Shown: positions 18,646-30,514 of the stretch, piece by piece
How positions within the stretch are numbered: the first letter of the stretch is position 1
Layout of the letters: every line of letters begins with the position of its first letter
NCBI GenBank assembly: GCA_965200315.1
Contig: OZ241362.1
Location: 2,528,001 to 2,592,000, forward strand
Direction of reading: 5' to 3'
Length of the DNA: 64,000 bases
Origin: Candidatus Latescibacterota bacterium
GTDB lineage: Bacteria; Latescibacterota; UBA2968; UBA8231
Notes under the pieces: generated by a model
The model's database searches: none
Told to the model about the DNA's origin: nothing
Seen by the model: the letters and a program-made list of their open reading frames with translations, nothing else
Made by a program: the position numbers and the translations under genes

Positions 18646-19075
18646 ACCCTCCCGCCGCCGTCGGGGTCTAACCCCTCGTTCTACTACCAACAAGCCGATG
18701 TCGCCGCGCACTCGTGAGGAGCTTATCAGTGCCGAGGCGCGGTTTTTCCAAGGACCGATCCCCGATCCGCAAACCCTCCAAGAATACCAACAAGTCGATC
18801 CCAATTTTCCCGAGCGCATTTTGGCGATGGGGGAAGCCCAATCGGCCCATCGCCAGCAGCAGGAAAGGTACCACCTCAAAGGAAGTACTATAGCTCGATT
18901 CGTCGGACTCGGCTTAGCCTTTCTATCTGTGCTAGTGATTTGCGGCGTCGGCACCTACGCGATAAAACTGGGCCACGCCAAGGAAGGCTGCGGAGTCATT
19001 GCCGCTGTGGTGGTTAGCTTGGCCGGTACTTTTATCTGGGGGCGTACGAAGGTACAGCGGGAAAACGGCGAGTAA
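18617..19075 (+). CDS. DUF2335 membrane protein
   Basis: FQGPIPDPQTLQEYQQVDPNFPERILAMGEAQSAHR plus two TM helices. Confidence 0.8.
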   Translation: MARRKKKPSKPSRRRRGLTPRSTTNKPMSPRTREELISAEARFFQGPIPDPQTLQEYQQVDPNFPERILAMGEAQSAHRQQQERYHLKGSTIARFVGLGLAFLSVLVICGVGTYAIKLGHAKEGCGVIAAVVVSLAGTFIWGRTKVQRENGE

Positions 19076-19106
19076 CTGATCAAAGAGCAGAACGGTCTAT
19101 CACCGC

Positions 19107-20600
19107 TCAAGGAAGCTGCGTACTGCCCATCAGATAGCGGTCCACCTCGCGGGCGGCACCTCGGCCCTCGTGAATGGCCCATACGACTAGGCTCTGGCCG
19201 CGCCGCATGTCGCCAGCCGCGAAAACACCTTCGATGCTGGTGGCGTATTTTTCGTGCTCGGCGTGGGCGTTGGAGCGCTCGTCGCGCTCAACGCCGAGCT
19301 GTTCGAGCATCGCGTCCTCTGGCCCGCTAAACCCCATCGCCAACAGCACCAAGTCGGCCGGCCACACCTTCTCGGTGCTCTCGATTGGCACGGGCGTGAA
19401 GCGGCCGTTTTCATCCTTATCCCACTCAATGTTGACCGTATGTAGCTCCTTGACGCGGCCCTCGTCGTCGCCAACGAACTGCTGGGTCATAATTAGATAC
19501 GTGCGCGGGTCGTCGCCGAAGCGGGCTTTGGCCTCCTCTTGGCCGTAGTCGAGCTTATAGACGTTGGGCCACTGCGGCCAAGGGTTGTTGGGCGCACGCT
19601 CGTCCGGCGGCCGCGGCATGATCTCGAATTGCGAGAGCGTCTTGCATCCGTGGCGCATCGACGTGCCGACGCAGTCGGTGCCGGTGTCGCCGCCGCCGAT
19701 GACGATCACGTGCTTGTCCTGGGCCGAAATGTAGTTGCCGTCGGCGTGATTGGAGTCGAGCAGGCTCTGGGTGTTGGCATGCAAAAAGTCCATCGCAAAG
19801 TAGATGCCCTGCAGATCCCGCCCCTCAATCGGCAAATCGTTGGGCTTGGTGGCCCCACCGCAGAGCACGACCGCGTCGTTTCCTGCCACTAGCTCGGTCG
19901 CCGGAAGATCCACGCCGATCTCAGTGCGAGAGACGAACTTGACCCCCTCGGCCTCCATCAGATCAATCCGCCGCTGCACCACCTTTTTCTTGTCGAGCTT
20001 CATGTTGGGGATCCCGTACATCAGCAGGCCGCCGATGCGATCGGCCCGCTCGTACACAGTAACCCAGTGGCCGGCGCGGTTGAGCTGGGCGGCACAGGCC
20101 AAGCCCGCGGGGCCGGAGCCGACGACAGCGACCTTCTTGCCGGTGCGCTTGTCGGGCGGTTCGGGCACGACCCAGCCCATCTCAAAGCCCTTATCGACAA
20201 TGGCGCACTCGACGCTCTTGATCGTCACCGGCGGAGCGTTGATCCCCACCACGCAGGCCCCCTCGCAAGGTGCCGGGCAGACCCGGCCAGTAAACTCCGG
20301 GAAGTTGTTGGTCTTGTGCAATCGCTCTAGCGCCTCCTGCCACAATCCACGATAGACCAAGTCGTTCCATTCGGGGATTAGGTTGTTGATCGGGCAGCCA
20401 GAGCCTTTGTCGCCCTGACTGACGATGTCGCCCAAGTGGCAGAAGGGGATGCCGCAATCCATGCAGCGCGCACCCTGATCGCGCAGACGCCCGTCGGGAA
20501 AGTGCTCGTGGAACTCGTCCCAGTCCGCGACGCGCTCTAGCGGGTCGCGGTCTTTTGGCAACTCGCGTGCAAACTCGATGAATCCAGTGGGTTTACCCAT
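19107..20600 (-). CDS. gltD: glutamate synthase small subunit
   Basis: [40 protein letters not shown]. Confidence 0.97.
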   Translation of the reverse strand: MGKPTGFIEFARELPKDRDPLERVADWDEFHEHFPDGRLRDQGARCMDCGIPFCHLGDIVSQGDKGSGCPINNLIPEWNDLVYRGLWQEALERLHKTNNFPEFTGRVCPAPCEGACVVGINAPPVTIKSVECAIVDKGFEMGWVVPEPPDKRTGKKVAVVGSGPAGLACAAQLNRAGHWVTVYERADRIGGLLMYGIPNMKLDKKKVVQRRIDLMEAEGVKFVSRTEIGVDLPATELVAGNDAVVLCGGATKPNDLPIEGRDLQGIYFAMDFLHANTQSLLDSNHADGNYISAQDKHVIVIGGGDTGTDCVGTSMRHGCKTLSQFEIMPRPPDERAPNNPWPQWPNVYKLDYGQEEAKARFGDDPRTYLIMTQQFVGDDEGRVKELHTVNIEWDKDENGRFTPVPIESTEKVWPADLVLLAMGFSGPEDAMLEQLGVERDERSNAHAEHEKYATSIEGVFAAGDMRRGQSLVVWAIHEGRGAAREVDRYLMGSTQLP

Positions 20601-20613
20601 TGATTTTTTCCTA

Positions 20614-23600
20614 TTAGGACGCTTCGGCCATGGCCTCGCGGAAGGCGACTAGCGCGGCCTCGTCGCCGGTCAGCCCGCGTTCCTCGACGCGCTTGAAGGC
20701 GTTGAGCATCTTGCGGTAGTCGCGCGGCATGACCTTGACGAACCGGGGCAGTACCGCGTCCCATTGGTCCAAGACCTGCTGACCGAGTGCGCTGTGAGTG
20801 TGCTGCACGTGGCGCTCGATCATGGTCCGCAGTTCGGCGATGTCCTCGGCGTCCTCTACCGGTCCCATGTCGGCCATCTCGTCGTTGAAGCGGATCGCAA
20901 AGTCGCTCTCTTCATCGAGCACGTAGGCAATGCCGCCCGACATCCCAGCGCCAAAATTGCGCCCCGTGAGGCCCAGCACCACCACCCGCCCGCCGGTCAT
21001 GTACTCGCAGCCGTGGTCGCCGACGCCCTCTACTACGGCGTGAACGCCGCTATTGCGTACGCAGAAGCGCTCGCCGGCAATGCCGTGGATATACGCCTCG
21101 CCGGAAGTGGCACCATAGAAGGCGACGTTGCCGCAGATGATGTTCTCCCACGGCACGAAGGTGGAGCCTTTGGGCGGATAGAGCACTAGCTTGGCACCCG
21201 AAAGCCCTTTGCCGAAGTAATCGTTGGCGTCGCCTTCAACCTCCATGGTCAGGCCCCTAGGAGTAAAGGCGGCAAAGCTCTGGCCAGCGGCACCCGTGAA
21301 CTTGAGGTGAATGGTGTCCTCGGGCAGGCCCTCGGGACCGTAGCACCGCGTCACCTCGCTGCCGAGGATGGTGCCCGCGACTCGGTTGGTATTTTCGATC
21401 GGCAATTCCGCCGCGACCGGCTCGCCGTTTTCAAGAGCCGGTTTGCACAGCTCCAACAAAGTGGTGTTGTCGAGCACCTCGTCTAGCCCGTGATCTTGCG
21501 GGATCTGGCAGTAGCGCCCGACCTCGAGCCCGACCTCGGGCTGGTGCAAGATCGGCGTCAAGTCGATGCCGGCCGTCTTCCACAGCGCAATGGCCTTCTT
21601 GGGCTCGAGCCGGTCGGTGCGGCCAATCATCTCATTGACCGTGCGGAAGCCGAGCGCGGCCATGATCTCGCGCATGTCCTCGGCGACAAAGCGCAGAAAG
21701 TTGACCACGTGATCGGGGGTGCCGGTGAACTTGGCGCGCAGTTCCGGATTTTGGGTCGCCACGCCCACCGGACAGGTGTCGAGATGACAGACCCGCATCA
21801 TAATGCAGCCCATTGCAACCAGCGCCGTAGTAGCGAAGCCGAATTCTTCGGCACCCAGCAACGCGGCAATGACCACGTCGCGCCCGGTCTTGAGCTGGCC
21901 GTCGGTCTCGACGACGATGCGGCTGCGCAGGTCGTTGAGCACCAGCGTCTGGTGAGTTTCGGCCAGCCCCAGTTCCCAAGGCAGGCCGGCGTGCTTAATC
22001 GAAGTCTGCGGCGAAGCTCCGGTGCCGCCGTCGTGGCCCGAAATCAGCACCACATCCGCGTGGCCCTTGGCCACCCCCGCGGCGACCGTGCCGACCCCGA
22101 ACTCGGAGACCAGCTTGACGTTGATGCGCGCATTGACGTTTGAATTTTTGAGATCGTGGATTAGCTGCGCCAAGTCCTCAATCGAGTAGATGTCGTGGTG
22201 CGGCGGCGGCGAGATTAGCTCCACGCCCGGGGTCGAGTGGCGCACCTTGGCAATCCAAGGATAGACCTTGGGACCGGGCAACTCGCCGCCCTCGCCCGGC
22301 TTGGCACCTTGAGCCATTTTGATTTGCAACTCTTTGGCTTGGGTCAGATAGTGGCTCGTCACACCGAAACGACCGGAGGCCACCTGCTTGATGGCACTGT
22401 TTTTGGAGTCGCCGTTGGGCTCGATCACGTAGCGGGCCGGGTCTTCGCCGCCCTCGCCGGTATTGCTCTTGCCGCCGAGGCGGTTCATGGCGATGGCCAA
22501 GCCTTCGTGTGCCTCCTTGCTGATCGAGCCGTAGGACATCGCCCCGCTCTTGAAGCGCCGGGTGATCTCCTCAACCGGCTCGACCTCCTCAATGGGCACC
22601 GGCTCGCCATCGCCCTTGAACTCCAACAGGCTTCGCAACGTGGCCAAGCGCTCGGATTGGTCGTTGATCAACTCGGCGTACTGCTTGTACACCGCGTAGT
22701 CGTTGGCGCGCGACGCCCTCTGCAGCAGGTGGATCGTCTTGGGGTTGAACAGGTGATGCTCGCCGCCCTTGCGCCATTGATAGTGCCCGCCCACATCGAG
22801 GGTGCGGCCGTTGGTCGGAATCCGGGGAAAAGCCGCCTCGTGGCGCACTAGGGCCTCGCGGGCAATGTCCTCAAGGCCCATGCCCTTCACTTGGGTCGTG
22901 GTCCAAGTAAAGTACTGATCTACCACTTCTTGATTCAGCCCCACGGTCTCGAAAATCTGCGCTCCCCGATACGACTTGATCGTCGAGATGCCCATCTTGG
23001 CCATCACCTTGACCGTGCCCTTGATCGCCGCGTAGATGTAGCGCTCCTCGGCCTCCTCATAGGTATAGCCTTCGAGCATGTTTTCGCGGATCATGTCGTT
23101 GAGGCTCTCAAAAGCCATGTAGGGGTTGATCGCCTGAGCACCGTAGCCCAAAAGCAGGCAGAAGTGATGCACCTCGCGCGGCTCGCCCGACTCGAGCGCC
23201 AAGCCGACGCGAGTGCGAGTCTCCAGCCGCACCAAGTGATGGTGGACCCCAGACACGGCCAACAGCGCCGGAATCGGCGCGTGGTCGGCATCTATTCCCC
23301 GGTCCGAGAGGATGATCAGGTTGCACCCCTCGGCGATGGCCGCATCGACCTTGGCGCACAGCGCGTCCATGGCTTTGGCGAGGCCGGCCTCGCCGTCTTG
23401 GCGCTTGAACAGGATCGGAATCGTCTCCGCCTTGTGGCCAGAGAGATTGACCTGCCGCAGCTTTTCCAGCTCGTCGTTTTTGAGAACCGGCCGCTGCAAG
23501 GTAATCTGGCGGCAGCTTGCCGGCTCGGGCACCAGCAAATTGCGCTCGGGGCCGATTTTGGTCTCGGCCGAGGTAATCAATTCCTCGCGCAACGGGTCGA

Positions 23601-25194
23601 GCGGAGGATTGGTAACTTGGGCGAAGTGCTGCTTGAAGTAGTTGTAGAGAAGCTGCGGTCGCTCCGCCAGCGCCGCCAGCGCCGCGTCGTTGCCCATGGA
23701 ACCGACCGGGTCCTTGAGCACCTGGACCATCGGCTTGAGGAAGACGCGCAGGTCTTCAAACGTATAGCCGAAGGCCTGCTGCCAGTGAAGCACTTCCTCG
23801 TGGCTTTCTAACAAGGGCGTACCTTCAGCTTCGGGCAGGTCCTCGAGCGCGACTAGGTTGGCGTCGAGCCACGCCTGATAGGGATGCTCGGTGGCGATCT
23901 GGTGCTTGATCTCCTCGTCGCTGATGATTCGGCCCTCCGCCGTATCGACCAAGAGCATTCGGCCCGGTTGTAGCCGGCCTTTGAAGACGACGTCCTCCGG
24001 CGGAATGCTCAGTACGCCCGTCTCCGAGGACAGCACCAAGGTATCGTCTTTGGCAATGTAGTAGCGCGAGGGCCTGAAGCCGTTGCGGTCGAGCATGCCG
24101 CCGACGACGACTCCATCGGTAAAGGCCACCGAGGCCGGCCCGTCCCACGGCTCCATCAGGCAGCTATGGTACTCGTAAAAGGCCCGCTTCTCAGTGCTCA
24201 TGGTCTCGTGGTTTTCCCAAGGCTCGGGAATCATCATCATCACCGCGTGCGCCAACGAGCGCCCCCCCAAGGTCAGCAGTTCGAGCGCATTGTCGAATTT
24301 GGCCGAATCAGAACCGTCTTCGTGGATGATGGGGAAGAGCTTGGCGATGTCATCGCCGAAGTACTCGGACGCCAGCATCCCCTCGCGCGCACGCATCCAA
24401 TTGCCGTTGCCGCGCACGGTGTTTATCTCGCCGTTGTGGATGATATAGCGGTAGGGGTGCGCCCGCTCCCAGCTCGGGAAGGTGTTGGTGCTAAAGCGCG
24501 AATGCACCAATGCAATGGCCGCCTCGAAGCGCTCGTCGCTCAAATCGGAGAAGTAGTCCACGACTTGGTCGGAGATCAGCATGCCCTTATAGACGATGGT
24601 GCGGGAAGAAAGACTGGCCAAATAAAAGAAGTCCCCAGCGGCAATTTCGCCACTGTAGCGAATCGCGTTTTCGGCGCACTTGCGGATGACGTAGAGCTTG
24701 CGCTCAAAGGCCAGCGCGTCGTCGCCTCGCACCTCGCCGCGACCGATAAAGACCTGGCGCTGAACTGGCTCGCGCAGCTTGGCGGTGTGGCCCAATGCAG
24801 CGTTGTGGGTGGGCACATCCCGCCAGCCGAGAAGGCGCTGGCCCTCTTGTTCGACGATGCGGACGAAGCGCTCTTCGCAGACTTGACGCTGAATCGGGTC
24901 GGGCGGCAAAAACAACATGCCCACTCCGTACTCGCCCGGCGAGGGCAACTCAAAGTCGCAGATGGCACGAAAGAACTTGTGGGGCAACTGCACCAACACG
25001 CCGGAACCATCGCCCGTATTGGCCTCGCAACCGCAGGCACCTCGGTGCTTGAGATGCTCCAAGACCTCCAAGGATTGGCGCACCAATTTGTGCGATTTGT
25101 AGCCCTTGATGTTGACTACAAAGCCGATCCCACAGGCGTCGCTTTCGCGGACTGGATCGTAAAGACCCTGTTTTTGCGGGTATCCGTGGGTCAT
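20614..25194 (-). CDS. gltB: glutamate synthase large subunit
   Basis: DACGIGF Ntn cysteine, [31 protein letters not shown] 3Fe-4S motif. Confidence 0.98.
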   Translation of the reverse strand: MTHGYPQKQGLYDPVRESDACGIGFVVNIKGYKSHKLVRQSLEVLEHLKHRGACGCEANTGDGSGVLVQLPHKFFRAICDFELPSPGEYGVGMLFLPPDPIQRQVCEERFVRIVEQEGQRLLGWRDVPTHNAALGHTAKLREPVQRQVFIGRGEVRGDDALAFERKLYVIRKCAENAIRYSGEIAAGDFFYLASLSSRTIVYKGMLISDQVVDYFSDLSDERFEAAIALVHSRFSTNTFPSWERAHPYRYIIHNGEINTVRGNGNWMRAREGMLASEYFGDDIAKLFPIIHEDGSDSAKFDNALELLTLGGRSLAHAVMMMIPEPWENHETMSTEKRAFYEYHSCLMEPWDGPASVAFTDGVVVGGMLDRNGFRPSRYYIAKDDTLVLSSETGVLSIPPEDVVFKGRLQPGRMLLVDTAEGRIISDEEIKHQIATEHPYQAWLDANLVALEDLPEAEGTPLLESHEEVLHWQQAFGYTFEDLRVFLKPMVQVLKDPVGSMGNDAALAALAERPQLLYNYFKQHFAQVTNPPLDPLREELITSAETKIGPERNLLVPEPASCRQITLQRPVLKNDELEKLRQVNLSGHKAETIPILFKRQDGEAGLAKAMDALCAKVDAAIAEGCNLIILSDRGIDADHAPIPALLAVSGVHHHLVRLETRTRVGLALESGEPREVHHFCLLLGYGAQAINPYMAFESLNDMIRENMLEGYTYEEAEERYIYAAIKGTVKVMAKMGISTIKSYRGAQIFETVGLNQEVVDQYFTWTTTQVKGMGLEDIAREALVRHEAAFPRIPTNGRTLDVGGHYQWRKGGEHHLFNPKTIHLLQRASRANDYAVYKQYAELINDQSERLATLRSLLEFKGDGEPVPIEEVEPVEEITRRFKSGAMSYGSISKEAHEGLAIAMNRLGGKSNTGEGGEDPARYVIEPNGDSKNSAIKQVASGRFGVTSHYLTQAKELQIKMAQGAKPGEGGELPGPKVYPWIAKVRHSTPGVELISPPPHHDIYSIEDLAQLIHDLKNSNVNARINVKLVSEFGVGTVAAGVAKGHADVVLISGHDGGTGASPQTSIKHAGLPWELGLAETHQTLVLNDLRSRIVVETDGQLKTGRDVVIAALLGAEEFGFATTALVAMGCIMMRVCHLDTCPVGVATQNPELRAKFTGTPDHVVNFLRFVAEDMREIMAALGFRTVNEMIGRTDRLEPKKAIALWKTAGIDLTPILHQPEVGLEVGRYCQIPQDHGLDEVLDNTTLLELCKPALENGEPVAAELPIENTNRVAGTILGSEVTRCYGPEGLPEDTIHLKFTGAAGQSFAAFTPRGLTMEVEGDANDYFGKGLSGAKLVLYPPKGSTFVPWENIICGNVAFYGATSGEAYIHGIAGERFCVRNSGVHAVVEGVGDHGCEYMTGGRVVVLGLTGRNFGAGMSGGIAYVLDEESDFAIRFNDEMADMGPVEDAEDIAELRTMIERHVQHTHSALGQQVLDQWDAVLPRFVKVMPRDYRKMLNAFKRVEERGLTGDEAALVAFREAMAEAS

Positions 25195-25234
25195 TTTAAT
25201 TTTCCCTTGCTCAATCTTCTGAAAAAGAAGGTTT

Positions 25235-25333
25235 AATATATGAATTGCGGCTACGCTGTCAAACACCCTTACGCCAGTTTCCACAACTTTCTTGAAATAT
25301 CCCTTGACAGCACTATCGTATATGGCCTAAATT
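25235..25333. promoter_or_regulatory. divergent sigma70-like promoters (gltB and Lrp-like regulator)
   Basis: Minus: TTGACA (25262-25257) N16 TATATT; plus: TTGACA (25304) N18 TAAATT. Confidence 0.5.
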
Positions 25334-25369
25334 GCGCTAAATTTTACTTTTAAATGGACAATTCAGGCC

Positions 25370-25945
25370 ATGAGACATTTTGACGAACAAGAACTGCAGA
25401 TCGTCCGCACCCTCATCCGCAACCCCCGCTGCTCGGACAATCGCATCAGCACCTTGACCGGCGTGCCGGTGCGCACCGTCAGCCGCAAGCGCACCCGCCT
25501 CGAACAGGAAGACATCCTCTTCTACTACGCGGCGGTCGATATGCAGGCCCAAGGCACGGGCCGCTTCTCGACCCAGCACATGCTCACCATCAAGTTTAAA
25601 CTGGGCATCACCCGCAGCCAGATCGTGCAGGAAATCCGCTCCGAACCCAATGTCGCCAACGTCTTCAGCGAGCTAATCCGCGACAGCTATATCGCCGAAG
25701 TAGATGGCCACATCGCGTTGGTGATGGTCGTCGAAGGCGAGTCCGACAGCGATGTGGCTGAAAGTGTCCAAGGTAAGATCATCCCCTCGCTGCAAAAAAA
25801 CCACGGCGAGGACTCCATCCAAGAGATGCAAACCATCCGCCTGTTGGACCCCATCAGGCGGATGCACAACTATTTGCCCATGGTAAATACGCAGGCGGGG
25901 TTCATCGTGGAATCTTGGCCCGACGACGCTATTTTCGTCGAGTAA
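25370..25945 (+). CDS. Lrp/AsnC-like transcriptional regulator
   Basis: N-terminal HTH FDEQELQIVRTLIRNPRCSDNRIS...TVSRKRTRLE; divergent from gltB. Confidence 0.75.
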   Translation: MRHFDEQELQIVRTLIRNPRCSDNRISTLTGVPVRTVSRKRTRLEQEDILFYYAAVDMQAQGTGRFSTQHMLTIKFKLGITRSQIVQEIRSEPNVANVFSELIRDSYIAEVDGHIALVMVVEGESDSDVAESVQGKIIPSLQKNHGEDSIQEMQTIRLLDPIRRMHNYLPMVNTQAGFIVESWPDDAIFVE

Positions 25946-25951
25946 CGGCCC

Positions 25952-27325
25952 CTATCCGCTCTCCTTTACCGCGGCGACCAAATCCAACACAGCCTCCTTG
26001 GCGCTGCCAAAAAACATCAGCGCATTTTCCGCGGCAAAAAGCGGATTGGGCAGCCCGGCAAACCCCGGGCTCAGGCTCCGCTTAATCACCACCACCGTGC
26101 GCGCATTATCCACGTCGAGGATCGGCATCCCGGCAATCGGTCCGGAATCCGCGTCGCGGGCGAGGGGATTGACCACATCGTTGGCGCCGATAATCAGCGC
26201 CACATCGGTCTGCTGGAAGGTCGGGTTGGCCCGATCCATCTCCACTAGCTTGTCGTAGGGCACTTCGGCCTCGGCCAACAACACGTTCATGTGGCCCGGC
26301 ATCCGACCCGCCACCGGATGGATGGCGTATTCGACCGCGACGCCGCGCTCTTCGAGCAAGTTGGCCAAGTCCCGCACGGCGTGTTGCGCTTGGGCCACGG
26401 CCATGCCGTAGCCAGGGACCACCACCACGCGCCGGGCCGTGTCGAACAGCAGCGCAATTTCTTCAGCCGAGGTTGACTTGATCTTGCCGGCATAGACCTC
26501 GTCGTCGCTGGTTCCGCTTGCGACCTCGGCACCGACGCCGCCGAAGAACACATTGCCCAGCGAGCGATTCATGGCTCGGCACATGATTTGCGTCAAAATC
26601 AGCCCCGAGGCCCCCACCAGCGATCCCGCAATAATCAGCACGTTGTTGTCGAGCACAAAGCCAGTAGCGGCTGCCGCCAGCCCCGAACACGAATTGAGCA
26701 AGGCGATCACCACCGGCATATCGGCTCCGCCTATGGGCACCACGAGCAATAGGCCCAACAGCGAAGCCGCGCAGACCATGGCCCAGAAGGCGTTCGGCTC
26801 GCCCAACACCAACCAAGCACCCAAGCCCACACTGCCGAGGGCCAGCACCCCGTTGCCAAACTGCTGGCCGGGAAACCGGACCAAGCCCTTGAGAACTTCC
26901 ATCAGCTTGAGGAAGGCCACGATACTACCCCAGAAGGTCACCGCGCCGATGATTCCAGAGGCAGCCGTGGCAGCCGTGAATTGGTAGGAAGGAGCCTGCG
27001 CCTCAATCAGCGCCGCGCCAGCCACCAACGCGGAGGCACCGCCGCCCAAGCCGTTAAAAACCGCCACCAACTCGGGCATGGAGGTTAGGGGCGTTTTTAC
27101 CGCGAGGACCATGCCAACCAGCGCACCTACTACTGCACCGAGCAAAATGTATTCGCCGGAGAGAATCCGCTGGTCCAGCAAGGTGGCGACGACGGCCAAC
27201 AACATCCCCAAGGCCCCCAGCAAATTGCCGCGCACGGCCGTGCGTGGGTGCGTCAATCCCTTGAGGCCGAGAATGAAAAGGACCGAGGCGACCAAGTAGG
27301 CGAAGTTAATCAGGGTCGCGCCCAT
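25952..27325 (-). CDS. pntB: NAD(P) transhydrogenase subunit beta
   Basis: PIGGADMPVVI, VPGYGMAVAQAQH, IHPVAGRMPGHMNVLLAEA. Confidence 0.97.
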   Translation of the reverse strand: MGATLINFAYLVASVLFILGLKGLTHPRTAVRGNLLGALGMLLAVVATLLDQRILSGEYILLGAVVGALVGMVLAVKTPLTSMPELVAVFNGLGGGASALVAGAALIEAQAPSYQFTAATAASGIIGAVTFWGSIVAFLKLMEVLKGLVRFPGQQFGNGVLALGSVGLGAWLVLGEPNAFWAMVCAASLLGLLLVVPIGGADMPVVIALLNSCSGLAAAATGFVLDNNVLIIAGSLVGASGLILTQIMCRAMNRSLGNVFFGGVGAEVASGTSDDEVYAGKIKSTSAEEIALLFDTARRVVVVPGYGMAVAQAQHAVRDLANLLEERGVAVEYAIHPVAGRMPGHMNVLLAEAEVPYDKLVEMDRANPTFQQTDVALIIGANDVVNPLARDADSGPIAGMPILDVDNARTVVVIKRSLSPGFAGLPNPLFAAENALMFFGSAKEAVLDLVAAVKESG

Positions 27326-27328
27326 GCG

Positions 27329-27610
27329 CTAGTCCCGCCTCCTAAACATCCCCAACATGCGGTGCGTCACCATGAACCCACCCACCACGTTGATCGTAGC
27401 AAAGATGACAGCCGCCAACCCCAAATAGGTCGCCAAGGCCGAGTGTTCGGAACCGGCCGAGAGCAGCGCACCGATCAGGGCGATGCCCGAGATGGCGTTG
27501 GACCCGGACATCAGCGGCGTGTGCAGAGTCGGCGGGATCTTGGTGATGATTTCAAAGCCGACGAAGACGGCCAGTGCAAACACCGTCAGCGCGGCCACTA
27601 AGACATCCAC
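27329..27610 (-). CDS. pntA: NAD(P) transhydrogenase alpha subunit part 2
   Basis: PPTLHTPLMSGSNAISG, NVVGGFMVTHRML. Confidence 0.95.
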   Translation of the reverse strand: MDVLVAALTVFALAVFVGFEIITKIPPTLHTPLMSGSNAISGIALIGALLSAGSEHSALATYLGLAAVIFATINVVGGFMVTHRMLGMFRRRD

Positions 27611-28758
27611 TATACGATTCCTTTGCGAATGCGCGGATGGACGATCTCACCGTCGCGCAACACCAAGGTCTCGCGCGTGATTTCGTCTTCCATGTCGAAT
27701 TGTAACTCCCCTTCGCCCGCCAAGTGCCGGAAGAAGGTCGCTATATTGTGCGAGTACATTTGGCTGGCGTGGTACGGCACGGTCGCCGGCAGATTGAGCG
27801 GCCCCATGATCTGCACTCCGTCCTCTACGACGGTCTCCATAGGGCGCGTCAGCTCGCAGTTGCCACCGCGCTCAGCGGCCAAATCGACGATGACCGACCC
27901 CGGCCCCATGTTCTTCACGGCCTCAGCCGTAATCAGCAGGGGAGCAGGTTGTCCCGGTATGGCGGCCGTGGCGATGATCACGTCGCTCTGGCCAGCGACC
28001 TTGGCCAACTCCTCGCGCTGGCGGCGGTAGAACACCTCGTCTTGCGCCCGGGCATACCCACCCGCGTCCTCGGAATCGCCGGCGTCGATATCCAACTCCA
28101 CGAACTCGGCTCCGAGGCTCTCTACCTGTTCTTTGACTGCCGGCCGCACGTCGTACGCCCGGATGACCGCTCCTAGGCGACGGGCCGTGGCAATGGCCTG
28201 AAGACCGGCGACCCCAGCACCGACGACCAGCACCCGAGCTGGGGTCAACGTGCCAGCGGCTGTCATCAAGAGCGGAAACATGCGCGGCAGGGCCGCAGCG
28301 GCCAAAAGCACCGCTTTGTAGCCGGCGATCGTGGCCATAGACGAGAGCACATCCATGCTCTGGGCACGGGTAATGCGCGGAATCAGTTCCATGGCGAACA
28401 GAGTCGCTCCAGCACCGGCCAGCGCAGACAGCTCTGGACCAGCGGTCAGCGGGTCCGAAGCCCCGATGAGAACCTGACCAGAGCGGATCCGAGCCAAGTC
28501 AGCGCGGCCAGCTTCCGGGTTCGCGCCGAGAGTGCGCACCTGTAGCACTACGTCGGCGCACGCGAACACTTCGTCGCGGTTGGCAGCTATCTCAGCACCG
28601 CGCTCGGCATAGGCCGCATCGGCATAGCTAGCTGCGGCACCCGCGCCCGGTTCTATTAGGATATTCGCGTTGCAGGCCGACAACCCGGACACGGCCTCCG
28701 GGACCAAGGCGACCCGATGCTCACCAGCGAAGGTCTCTCGTGCGATACCAACGATCAT
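27610..28758 (-). CDS. pntA: NAD(P) transhydrogenase alpha subunit part 1
   Basis: PRITRAQSMDVLSS, GAGVAGLQA, VDLAAERGGNCE. Confidence 0.96.
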   Translation of the reverse strand: MIVGIARETFAGEHRVALVPEAVSGLSACNANILIEPGAGAAASYADAAYAERGAEIAANRDEVFACADVVLQVRTLGANPEAGRADLARIRSGQVLIGASDPLTAGPELSALAGAGATLFAMELIPRITRAQSMDVLSSMATIAGYKAVLLAAAALPRMFPLLMTAAGTLTPARVLVVGAGVAGLQAIATARRLGAVIRAYDVRPAVKEQVESLGAEFVELDIDAGDSEDAGGYARAQDEVFYRRQREELAKVAGQSDVIIATAAIPGQPAPLLITAEAVKNMGPGSVIVDLAAERGGNCELTRPMETVVEDGVQIMGPLNLPATVPYHASQMYSHNIATFFRHLAGEGELQFDMEDEITRETLVLRDGEIVHPRIRKGIV

Positions 28759-28761
28759 TTA

Positions 28762-29052
28762 TCAGTGGTGGGACACCAGCTTGTCGTGGTGTTTTTTGAG
28801 CTGGCTTTCGATTTTAGATTCGGCTTCGGCGAGGGCCTTGTAGAGATTGTCCTCTACCCCTGTGGCCGCAAACGTGCGCTGCGGCACCTTAACGATAATT
28901 TCCACTTTGTCGTCGTGTTTTTCCTTGTCGAGGACGACTTCGCAATCCACGATGCGGTCGAAGTAGTTTTCGAGTTTAGTACAAGAACTAGCAATGTGTG
29001 CTTTGGTTTCTTCTGAAATTTTGCCGTGGCGCGTACTGATTCTAGGCCGCAT
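28762..29052 (-). CDS. hpf: ribosome hibernation promoting factor (short HPF/RaiA)
   Basis: ISTRHGKISEETKAHI...KLENYFDRI...NLYKALAEAESKIESQLKKHHDK. Confidence 0.85.
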   Translation of the reverse strand: MRPRISTRHGKISEETKAHIASSCTKLENYFDRIVDCEVVLDKEKHDDKVEIIVKVPQRTFAATGVEDNLYKALAEAESKIESQLKKHHDKLVSHH

Positions 29053-29098
29053 CTCCTAATCCTTTCTCTTTAGACAAAATTTAATCGCCGGCTCGCAT

Positions 29099-30382
29099 TT
29101 AGGACCGCTCAGCAAGGGGCTGATAGGTCCGCTGCACCGAGCCGGTGTAAATCTGGCGTGGACGGCTGATTTTAGTGGCCTTGCTCTCCTCGTACCAATG
29201 CGCGATCCAGCCCGGCATGCGGCCGATGGCGAAGATCACGGTGAACATCTCCTTGGGAATGCCGAGGGCGCGGAGAATGACGCCGCTGTAGAAATCCACG
29301 TTGGGATAGAGCTTGCGCTGGATGAAGTACTCGTCCCCAAGCGCCACCGCTTCCAGCTCTTTCGCTATGTCGAGCAGGGGGTCGTTGATGTGGAGCTTGG
29401 CCAGCACTTTCTCGCAGCTCTTTTTGATGATCTTGGCGCGCGGGTCAAAATTCTTGTACACCCGATGCCCGAACCCCATCAAGCGGATCCCAGCCTTCTT
29501 GTCCTTGACCTGAGTGACGTAATCATCAACCGAGATGTTTTCGTCGCGGATTTTCTCTAGCATGTTCACCACGGCCACATTGGCCCCACCGTGCAGCGGC
29601 CCCCACAGGGCGGAGACGCCCGCCGATACCGAGGCGAAGAGATTGGCCTCGCTGCTGCCGACCATCCTCACGGTAGAGGTGCTGCAATTCTGCTCGTGGT
29701 CGGCGTGGAGGAGGAAAATCAAATCCAGCGCGTCAACCAGCGCCGGGTCCGCATCAAACTCGTTGTACGGCTGGCTGAACATCATGTGCAGAAAATTCTC
29801 CGCGTACCGCTTCTTCGGGTGCGGGTACTCGATGTGATGGCCTAGCTGCTGGCGGTGGGAATAGGCGGCAATAGTGCGGACCTTGGACATGATGCGCGCG
29901 GCCGCTTCGGTGAAGGTCTCCTCGTCCTGAATTTCCAACAACTCGGGATAGTAGCAACTCAAGGCATTGAGCACCGAAGACAACACGGCCATCGGCGGCG
30001 AGTTGGGCGGAAAGAGGCTGAAGTGTTGCTTGAGCTCCTCGCGCAGCATCTGGTGCTTGGTCAGCAGCTCACTGAACTCGTCTAGTTGCGCGGCGTTGGG
30101 CAACTCGCCCCAGATCAGCAAATAGGCAACCTCGATGAAGCGGCTGTACTCGGCCAAATCCTCGATCGCGTAGCCTCGGTAGCGCAGGATGCCCGCATCG
30201 CCGTCGATAAAGGTGATATCGCTCCGGCAAGAGCCCGTATTGCCATAGCCAGGATCTAGGGAGATATACCCAGTCTCAGCACGCAATTTGGCAATATCGA
30301 GCGCCTTTTCGCCCTCGCTGCCGACGACGACGGGCAGCTCAACGCTCTGGTCCCCGGCCTGCAAGCGAGCAGTTTCCGCCAT
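29099..30382 (-). CDS. gltA: citrate synthase
   Basis: LHADHEQNCST, LWGPLHGGAN, GFGHRVYK, PNVDFYSG. Confidence 0.97.
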   Translation of the reverse strand: MAETARLQAGDQSVELPVVVGSEGEKALDIAKLRAETGYISLDPGYGNTGSCRSDITFIDGDAGILRYRGYAIEDLAEYSRFIEVAYLLIWGELPNAAQLDEFSELLTKHQMLREELKQHFSLFPPNSPPMAVLSSVLNALSCYYPELLEIQDEETFTEAAARIMSKVRTIAAYSHRQQLGHHIEYPHPKKRYAENFLHMMFSQPYNEFDADPALVDALDLIFLLHADHEQNCSTSTVRMVGSSEANLFASVSAGVSALWGPLHGGANVAVVNMLEKIRDENISVDDYVTQVKDKKAGIRLMGFGHRVYKNFDPRAKIIKKSCEKVLAKLHINDPLLDIAKELEAVALGDEYFIQRKLYPNVDFYSGVILRALGIPKEMFTVIFAIGRMPGWIAHWYEESKATKISRPRQIYTGSVQRTYQPLAERS

Positions 30383-30468
30383 GTCTTGTTCTCCTTAATC
30401 AATGTAACTCAGTCGCCGAGGGCACTGAGTCGCACCCCCAGTGAGATAGATATGCCGTTTTAATTCAG

Positions 30469-30497
30469 ATAGTAGGCCCTAAAATTTGCACTGTCAA
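30469..30497 (-). promoter_or_regulatory. sigma70-type promoter of gltA operon
   Basis: TTGACA-N17-TACTAT on minus strand. Confidence 0.7.
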
Positions 30498-30514
30498 TTG
30501 TCGCCGATGCCTAG

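Noticed and set aside
20764-25236. Long plus-strand ORFs (up to 356 aa) opposite gltB
   Set aside because: Shadow frames of a well-conserved gene.
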